Source of the DNA: a virus
Taxonomy: Duplodnaviria; Caudoviricetes
Reading direction: 5' to 3' (one strand)
Virus record (IMG/VR): IMGVR_UViG_3300044626_001013
Location: 1 to 53,697 of that record
DNA: 53,697 nucleotides
Made by a program: the position numbers and the translations under genes. The notes under the pieces were generated by a model. That model made no database searches. It worked only from the letters and a program-made list of their open reading frames with translations, and had not been told where the DNA came from. Below are positions 47,144 through 53,697 of this stretch, one piece after another (position 1 is the stretch's first letter; every line of letters starts with the position of its first letter).

Positions 47144-49498
47144 TTAGGTGTCGTGCCGATAAGGGGCCAACGCGACCATGACCAATCCTGTGGACGAAAC
47201 GTCCACGTCATAGGCCCCCATGGTCGCGTACCCGTCGATCAAGTATCCATTGACGTTCACTGCGCTTGAAAAGTCCCAATAGCGCACGATGGAGCCGTTT
47301 CCAATGTCGATTTCCCACACCTCGGCGTAGGCTCCCTTTTTCACGTACCCCGCATTGCCGCTTGCCGACGTAGTCACGGGAATGTCAAACTCATTGGCAC
47401 TGACGTACGTGACGGTCCGCATCCCGTTGATGGACGGCGTGGAGTTGGTTCCGCCAATCTGCACCGTGTCGCCGGTCTGCAAGCCGTGGGGCACGTCGGT
47501 TGTGACTCGCGCATTGGCTGCGGCCGAAATCTGCGTCACCTCAATGGCCGTCACGTCGGCACGTGGCCACGCTGCGTTTCGGTTGCCAGCAACCACTACG
47601 TTGCCGCTTGTCGGATCAATGGCGATGGCGTTCTGTTGGACGAGTCCTGACACGCACGCCGTCCACTTGGCGATGCCTGTCGCACCTTCAAGGCAGTACA
47701 CGTTCGGCCGCTCGTTGTCGACGGACGGCCGCCTACCAGCAACCACGACGCGATCCACCGCTTCGTTGTACGCCACCGCGTACACCGTGGGGGCAAAGTC
47801 CTCGTTCGCGGGATCGCGACCGCCGTTGGTAATCGGCGGAATGTCTGCCCGGTACGTGCTGGCCCCCCACGCAAAGGTGCGGCGATAACTGCCATTGGGG
47901 ACGTCTCGCTCCCATCCACCAACCGTTGCCGAACACCCGTACCGCACCGCGTTAGACGGATTGAGGTAGACCACCACCGGCAACTGCGTGCCGACAATCG
48001 GCGCGTCGGGCTCGAACGCACGGGCCAACGTGTGTTTGGCAACGCTGATGTAGGCGTTGAGCGTGCTGGTGTTGGTTGGGCCGTTGGGTGCTTGGCTGGG
48101 GTTAGTCAGCGGGTCATAGCCGAACCCTTGGTTGCACGACCCAATGTACACGTCGCCATTGGATGCCACCGCAAAGTCGTAGGCCAGGCGTCCCACCGGC
48201 CTTGTGCTGCTCCACTCGCTAAATCGGTAGGTTTGGTGCGCCTCATGCGAAGCGTCCCCCACTTGCGTCCCTTGGGGAACTGACCGATGGACCAATGCCT
48301 GCCCGCCAACCGCAACCGCCATCGGCGTCGCTGGAGCCTCGGCGTACGGAAACCCAGGGGTGCTGTTGGCGTACAGAATCTCGAACACCACAATCCCGGC
48401 TCGGAAGTGTTCGCCAAACGCCTCCTTGTTCGTGCCGCTTGTGTCGTTTACCACGGGGCCGGTGACGACAACGCTGCCGCTGATCAACGCCAGCAGGAAG
48501 TGTCGTCCATTGACCTCCAGCGGCTGAACCGACTGGACTTCAACGGCCCACGGAACCGTGGTGCGATACAGATACACCAGCGTGTCGGCATTGAACACGT
48601 AGATGTACCGGTTTACCGCAACAAAGACGTACGGTCCAAACTGCACAACCTCGTTGGGAAACAACGACTCTTGCGTAGGCGACGCGCCCAACGGCGTGCT
48701 GTAGCCCGGAGCGGCGTCCACCACGTAGTTCTGGTGCGTGATGGCCTGGGTCGTGACGGAAAACCGATTCAGGCCGCAAATCCACACGTCCTGCGTCGTC
48801 ACCGTCGGATCTTTGGTCAAGGTGCCGAAGTACCCCACGGTCGGGTCTGTTCGGTGCCAGCACGTGTAAAACCCGCCCGGACCTCCCGCTCCACTTGGCG
48901 GGATCACTTGGCTGGTTCCGGCCGTCCCGGCGCCGGACGTCGTCACGGCCACGCGGAAGGTGGTTGGCGTCAGCACAGTGACGTTCCGAGTGCCGTCAAT
49001 GGACGGCGTGCAGTTGCTTCCCGCGATGACCACTGTGTTGCCCGTCGAATAGCCGTGCGGAATCGACGTCGTGACAACCGCCTGAGCCGCTGCGGAGATT
49101 GACGTGATTGGCAACGCCGCACGCGTGTCGTTCAACACAAACTTGATCGACCAGTTGGTGTCGAGAACGACCAGTTGCGTTCGATACGGCGTCTGCGGGA
49201 CGGACAGACCAGTCGACAAAGTCACCGGCTCGCCAGATGTGTACCCGGTGATGCCGGTGGCCTTGCTCACGTTGCCCGCGCATTGAGGCTTGCCCGCCAA
49301 CGTCTGCGGGAACGCCAACACCGTGCCTGGACGACTGGCAATCTGCCGGCGTCCGCCCGACCCATTGACGGCCGCACGCCGCCGTGGGATCACGTTGAGC
49401 GGATCGCCGGGAGCCGCCAAGTCACCCGGCATTTCGATGTACGGAGCGACGTCCGACACTCCGCGCCATGGCAACATGAGTTTGCTGGAGTCGGCCAT
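47144..49498 (-). CDS. Tail-associated beta-rich structural protein
   Basis: 784 aa; two copies of the ISAAA.A.VTT..PHG..TG.TV.I.G.N.TPSI.G.R module. Confidence 0.65.
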   Translation of the reverse strand: MADSSKLMLPWRGVSDVAPYIEMPGDLAAPGDPLNVIPRRRAAVNGSGGRRQIASRPGTVLAFPQTLAGKPQCAGNVSKATGITGYTSGEPVTLSTGLSVPQTPYRTQLVVLDTNWSIKFVLNDTRAALPITSISAAAQAVVTTSIPHGYSTGNTVVIAGSNCTPSIDGTRNVTVLTPTTFRVAVTTSGAGTAGTSQVIPPSGAGGPGGFYTCWHRTDPTVGYFGTLTKDPTVTTQDVWICGLNRFSVTTQAITHQNYVVDAAPGYSTPLGASPTQESLFPNEVVQFGPYVFVAVNRYIYVFNADTLVYLYRTTVPWAVEVQSVQPLEVNGRHFLLALISGSVVVTGPVVNDTSGTNKEAFGEHFRAGIVVFEILYANSTPGFPYAEAPATPMAVAVGGQALVHRSVPQGTQVGDASHEAHQTYRFSEWSSTRPVGRLAYDFAVASNGDVYIGSCNQGFGYDPLTNPSQAPNGPTNTSTLNAYISVAKHTLARAFEPDAPIVGTQLPVVVYLNPSNAVRYGCSATVGGWERDVPNGSYRRTFAWGASTYRADIPPITNGGRDPANEDFAPTVYAVAYNEAVDRVVVAGRRPSVDNERPNVYCLEGATGIAKWTACVSGLVQQNAIAIDPTSGNVVVAGNRNAAWPRADVTAIEVTQISAAANARVTTDVPHGLQTGDTVQIGGTNSTPSINGMRTVTYVSANEFDIPVTTSASGNAGYVKKGAYAEVWEIDIGNGSIVRYWDFSSAVNVNGYLIDGYATMGAYDVDVSSTGLVMVALAPYRHDT

Positions 49499-49510
49499 GT
49501 TGTCGCTGCG

Positions 49511-50272
49511 TCAGTTGTTGATCTTGCGGAAACGGGCTTCCCAGTACGACGCGTTCCGCACGTAACTGAGCGAGGTGCCGATGATGTCGACCGTTGTGTT
49601 GGCGTTCAGCGTGACGTTGCCCGCCGCGGGGGTCGTAATGCCCAGCGTGACCGTCATGCTGCACCAGTACATCAGGCGTTCCGCCGCAGTCCTTGCGTTG
49701 ACCAGTGTCGTCATGGCGTTGGTCAGGTCAAAGCGCAGCACCCGGAACCTACTGGTCAAGGCTGCCACGCTGATAGGCGACAGGTTGACGCTGGTCGCCG
49801 GCACCGTCAACTGCAACGGTGCCGTCTCGTCCGGATTGTCGCGAGCCGTTCCGGCGTCGGAGTACGACGGGTTGACCCAAGACGCGGTGGCGTTCAGCGA
49901 GACGTTCTGGTCGGTGCCAGTGCCGCTCTGCTTGGCATGCACCAGCAGGTGAACAGCAGGCTTGTCGCCATTCTTGCGCGTGCCACGACGCCACTGGCCC
50001 GGCAGCATGATGCCGGTTGAAATGCGAGCAGTCTGCGTTGACGCCGCTGGCCATTGCAACCCATGCAACGGGCTGGTAGTCAGTGGCGTGGCAGTGCTGG
50101 TGCCTGCGACCGGCAAACGACGCACAGCCGTCGTGGTGGCATCCAAGCCCGCGCCAGAGTCGAGCGTCCACAGGGTCAGCGGAATCGGCATGTCCTCGGT
50201 GTAGCCCGGGCCCGCGCCGCGGGGGATCCGCATGATTTCCGCTTCAAGAGACAGTCCGTTCATACCGCTCAT
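49511..50272 (-). CDS. Hypothetical structural protein
   Basis: T-rich ORF in virion operon; AAAGGTGG RBS. Confidence 0.65.
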   Translation of the reverse strand: MSGMNGLSLEAEIMRIPRGAGPGYTEDMPIPLTLWTLDSGAGLDATTTAVRRLPVAGTSTATPLTTSPLHGLQWPAASTQTARISTGIMLPGQWRRGTRKNGDKPAVHLLVHAKQSGTGTDQNVSLNATASWVNPSYSDAGTARDNPDETAPLQLTVPATSVNLSPISVAALTSRFRVLRFDLTNAMTTLVNARTAAERLMYWCSMTVTLGITTPAAGNVTLNANTTVDIIGTSLSYVRNASYWEARFRKINN

Positions 50273-50286
50273 ACCGCCACCTTTCT

Positions 50287-51099
50287 TCAAATCACTCGAG
50301 TGCCGTTCACGGCGACCTGCACCGGAGGCACGTAGTTACTGAGCCCCACCGGATCACAGTCACCGATGGGGGTCAGCGTGAACTCCTTGTTGCTGGCAAT
50401 CGCCGCCAGCAACTTCTCCGTTCTGTTGAGTTGGGCCATTTGATTGGCGGGAGACAGCAGCACCCACGCCCAAGCGATCAGCAGGTCGTCTAGGAACGCA
50501 GGCCACGGACAACGATCCGAGTCCGCATCCAGCAGCCACGACCCAATGCGATGCCGCAGTTTCAGCGTGTACGCCTGATCGGGCTTGCACGCCACGATCA
50601 ACTCAAACCGCGGCCGGTTCCCCACCGTCTTGCGGTCGGCCAGGGCGCGGACCGCAACGGCATATGGCGGCCCCTTGTATTCCGACGACACCGCCCATTC
50701 GCGTTCAATGGCTTCCGGGCCAACCACGCTGGTCTTGCCGCCGTAGGTGTTGGGGGCCGTCCACGTCACCCGATTGACCGGTGCGGAGGCAATCCATTCC
50801 GGCAGCAAGTAGCGACGCGAGTCGCCGTCGACGCACCTTGCATCGGACCCGTCTGCACTCAACGTCACGTCAATGCTGGCGTAGTTCCACGCCCACTTGA
50901 CCGTCCGAAGCGTCTTGGGATCGACGGCGTTGGTAATCTGCCGAACGGCGTCGGTGATCGCCCGCTTCAGTCGGTCAAGGTTGTACGCGTTGGTTGGCGG
51001 CACGGCCAAACCCGCGGAGTCGTACGACGCGACACCGGCCAGTTCCGCCACGCGGATCTGGATGTCGCGGAACGACATGGTGTCGGAAACTTCAAACAA
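50287..51099 (-). CDS. Putative head-tail adaptor/tail tubular A-like protein
   Basis: SFRDIQIRVAEL start, WAW motif, size and position; start may be 51078. Confidence 0.55.
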   Translation of the reverse strand: MFEVSDTMSFRDIQIRVAELAGVASYDSAGLAVPPTNAYNLDRLKRAITDAVRQITNAVDPKTLRTVKWAWNYASIDVTLSADGSDARCVDGDSRRYLLPEWIASAPVNRVTWTAPNTYGGKTSVVGPEAIEREWAVSSEYKGPPYAVAVRALADRKTVGNRPRFELIVACKPDQAYTLKLRHRIGSWLLDADSDRCPWPAFLDDLLIAWAWVLLSPANQMAQLNRTEKLLAAIASNKEFTLTPIGDCDPVGLSNYVPPVQVAVNGTRVI

Positions 51100-51204
51100 A
51101 GCGCCGGTCCAGATTGCTTGTGGGGGTCAGTGGGACCATTCCGCCCTGGGCTTGGTTCTGAACCGGCGTAGCAGGCTCGTGGTGCAGGCGTTAGCCCGCC
51201 GACG

Positions 51205-51855
51205 TCAGTGCAGCGGCTGGATCAACTGCACCCACATCAGGTACTCGGTGCCGCTGGCGGAACCGGAGTCGGTGACGCTTTCCATCGCGATGGCGTGAAC
51301 ACGCGCTGCCACGACTTCCGGCGTGCCGGACGCCGCGCCGCACACCAAGTTGGAGGTGTCGACAGTGGCCGACGTGTTGAACAGTTGGAACGCCACTTCG
51401 CCCGCCTTGAGCGACAGACGCGTCTGGCCCTTTACGGTGGACTGCGAGCCAGTAGCCACGCCCAACCGGACGCGAGCCTGGACCAGCCCGGTGGTTGCGA
51501 CACGGACAATGCCGCCGCGACGCTTGTTGGCCACCAACGGGTCGAGGTCGTTGATGGCCGTGTCAGGAGTCTCAACCACGACGCCAATCGGCGTGTTGAA
51601 CGATGTCGTCGACACAGACACGACGTAGTCCATGCCGAGGTTGAGCGTGTCGCTGACGCTGGGCGAGCCGTAGGAGCCGGTGTAGGACGCGCTGGCGGCC
51701 ACGCGTTCGTGGTTGAAGGGGTCGAACTGCAACACGTCGCCGCGCCGGAGATCGGCGTTGCGCGCCGTGCGGGAGCCCGCGGTGGCGTTGATGTTGTAGC
51801 CTGAGTAATGAGCAATGCGAGGAAACTGAATCTGATGGCCGGGAAGTTGGTTCAT
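51205..51855 (-). CDS. Putative capsid decoration protein
   Basis: 216 aa directly after the capsid candidate; PIGVV...VATTGLVQARV. Confidence 0.55.
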   Translation of the reverse strand: MNQLPGHQIQFPRIAHYSGYNINATAGSRTARNADLRRGDVLQFDPFNHERVAASASYTGSYGSPSVSDTLNLGMDYVVSVSTTSFNTPIGVVVETPDTAINDLDPLVANKRRGGIVRVATTGLVQARVRLGVATGSQSTVKGQTRLSLKAGEVAFQLFNTSATVDTSNLVCGAASGTPEVVAARVHAIAMESVTDSGSASGTEYLMWVQLIQPLH

Positions 51856-51880
51856 GTCTGTGCCCTTTGATCTGTGACCG

Positions 51881-51904
51881 CCCCCGCGTCTGCGGACGCG
51901 GGGA
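51881..51904. promoter_or_regulatory. Perfect 10-bp hairpin downstream of the capsid gene
   Basis: CCCCCGCGTC-TGCG-GACGCGGGGG; no T tract. Confidence 0.45.
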
Positions 51905-51941
51905 CGTGAATGTCAGAAGCACCAACGCGCGACGGTGCGCG

Positions 51942-53078
51942 TTAGGAGCCGGTGGTGAACGTGGAGTGGATGCGGAAACCGCCCTTGCGGAAATCGCGGC
52001 AGATCATCTGCCACGTGTAGTCGCGCGGCTTGTAGACGACGTTGTGTGCGCCGGGAACGACGCCGTCGCCGTCAACCATCCACATGCCGCGGCCCTTGAT
52101 GACCTGAAGCATCGAGCGGCGCAGGCCGAAGATGGGGCGGTCGGCCTTGTTGCGGAGCGCGGGGGTACGGACGAGTTGCGCGCCCCACAGGGTGCGCTTC
52201 TTGCCCGGGTAGTAGTCGCCGCCGCCGGAGCGGTACCGGGGGTCGGGACCGGCCGCCAGGAACGAGTCGTACTGATCGTCGTACTCGGGATCCCAGAAGA
52301 TCAATGCGTCGTCGCCGCCCATGCTGGGGCCGGACTTGCCGGTCAGGCCCGGGACCATCTCGAACATCGTCTCGTTGATGCACCGCTTGACGGCATCGAG
52401 AAGGGTCGTGTCGACGTAGGTGTTGCCCACGGTCATCACGTAGTTGCGGGCACGCTCAAGGGCCAACTGCGAGGTGTCCTGTCCGCCAAGGATGGCAATG
52501 GGAGTGGCGTTGCCGGTGCCTCGCCAGTAGGTGCCGTTGTAGCCCCCGTCCGGCAGAGCGACAAACGAGCCGTCGGACGCCATGGACCGGCGAAGCCAGC
52601 ACTCAAGGCCGAAAATGGCGGAGTCGTCGTTCTGGTCGAACGGCGCGCCAAAGACCTCGATCTCGTTGACGTTGGCGATGTTCTCCAACTGCGCCGACCG
52701 ACGCTCCTTGAGCAGGTCGTAGATGCGGTTGGGGGCTGCCCGGTTGCGGCTGATTTCCAGCCGGTCGAACGCAAACGCCGTGTTGGTCTTGTCGCGGAAC
52801 GGGACGGTGAACCGTTCCGTGTAGTAGCCGACCTGGTACTGCGTGGCTTGGAAGGCACGCAGGGCTTGCGTCGAGCCGGCGGCCTCGCGAACGCGAATGT
52901 TCCAGCCGTAGATGTTGCCGGTCGTGTCCTGCTCCTCTGCCCCGTCGATGAGCAGCATGTTGCCGGGCATCCGGTTGAAACGCTGGGTTTCCTGAATGTC
53001 CTTGTCAATCGTCGGCAGGGCCGCGTTCACGACCCCCGACAGCGCACTGAGCGCCACACCAGTAGAAAACGTCGACAT
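51942..53078 (-). CDS. Probable major capsid protein
   Basis: 378 aa, strongly GC3-biased codons, AAGGA RBS, between scaffold-like and decoration-like genes. Confidence 0.65.
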   Translation of the reverse strand: MSTFSTGVALSALSGVVNAALPTIDKDIQETQRFNRMPGNMLLIDGAEEQDTTGNIYGWNIRVREAAGSTQALRAFQATQYQVGYYTERFTVPFRDKTNTAFAFDRLEISRNRAAPNRIYDLLKERRSAQLENIANVNEIEVFGAPFDQNDDSAIFGLECWLRRSMASDGSFVALPDGGYNGTYWRGTGNATPIAILGGQDTSQLALERARNYVMTVGNTYVDTTLLDAVKRCINETMFEMVPGLTGKSGPSMGGDDALIFWDPEYDDQYDSFLAAGPDPRYRSGGGDYYPGKKRTLWGAQLVRTPALRNKADRPIFGLRRSMLQVIKGRGMWMVDGDGVVPGAHNVVYKPRDYTWQMICRDFRKGGFRIHSTFTTGS

Positions 53079-53111
53079 TGCTTAGTCCTTCCGGGCTCCG
53101 CCTGCTCCGGA

Positions 53112-53696
53112 TCACCCAAGTTGGCCGAGTGCGGCCGCAATGGCCGCAGACCCGACGTCCGCCAAACTCTGCCTCCCGCTCTTGTTTGCCTCGGACCGCG
53201 ACATGGGAAGTCCAGATGCCGTGGCCCTGCCCGGAACCGCAACGCGTTGTCCCTGACGCTGTGCAGCCGAGCGGTTGATCACTTCGGTCCGTGCGGACTT
53301 TCCGGCCGGCGTGTTCTTTGCCACGTGATGCGTGGCGGCGTTGAACAACACCTGCTCCAGATCGGGCGTGATCGTCTGCCCCTTGCTGATGGCACTCTGA
53401 GCCATCTTGACCATGGTCTGTGCGACCAGTTCTCTGTTGCTTCTCTGGTCCGGCGTCGCCTTCATCCACGAATCGCCGTACAGGGTCTTGTTGGTTGTGT
53501 CGCCAGACGCCTTGCCGTCAATGGCGACGTTCATTGGGTCGTGCTGGAGGGCCACGTCGCGGGTCAGCGACTCCATTCGTTCCAGCGACGAAGCGATCTG
53601 CTTGTTCTTGGCCGTGATGCCCTCGGCAAACGCCGTGGCCGCCTTGGCCGCATCCTCGCCAAACTCGTCCCGCATGAACTTGACGAACGAGTTGGC
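53112..53696 (-). CDS. Putative scaffold protein (5' truncated by window edge)
   Basis: Frame open to the window end; helical; upstream of the capsid candidate. Confidence 0.5.
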   Translation of the reverse strand, partial: ANSFVKFMRDEFGEDAAKAATAFAEGITAKNKQIASSLERMESLTRDVALQHDPMNVAIDGKASGDTTNKTLYGDSWMKATPDQRSNRELVAQTMVKMAQSAISKGQTITPDLEQVLFNAATHHVAKNTPAGKSARTEVINRSAAQRQGQRVAVPGRATASGLPMSRSEANKSGRQSLADVGSAAIAAALGQLG

Positions 53697-53697
53697 G

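Overview
High-GC dsDNA phage or prophage segment with almost all genes on the minus strand. In transcription order (right to left) it contains: partial scaffold-like protein, probable major capsid, head/tail and fibre genes, a lysis-like pair, ejection-type proteins and a 6755-aa polyvalent protein. Next come a tyrosine recombinase, a RecE-like exonuclease/SMC-like ATPase/annealing-protein module, two degenerate tRNA-like elements, a replication initiator with internal iterons plus a DnaC-like loader, RuvC and a dual-frame C5 methyltransferase. The left part holds small accessory genes and an early-type cluster built from repeated junction sequences. No tape measure gene is apparent, so the virion is probably podovirus-like (inference). 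The standout is a stand-alone RAMP/Cas7-like gene (6400-7002) followed immediately by two phased (GGC-NN)n tracts separated by a hairpin (6135-6380). This is a candidate non-CRISPR RNA-guided system whose information would lie in the variable dinucleotides. All calls are by eye from motifs; no searches were run.
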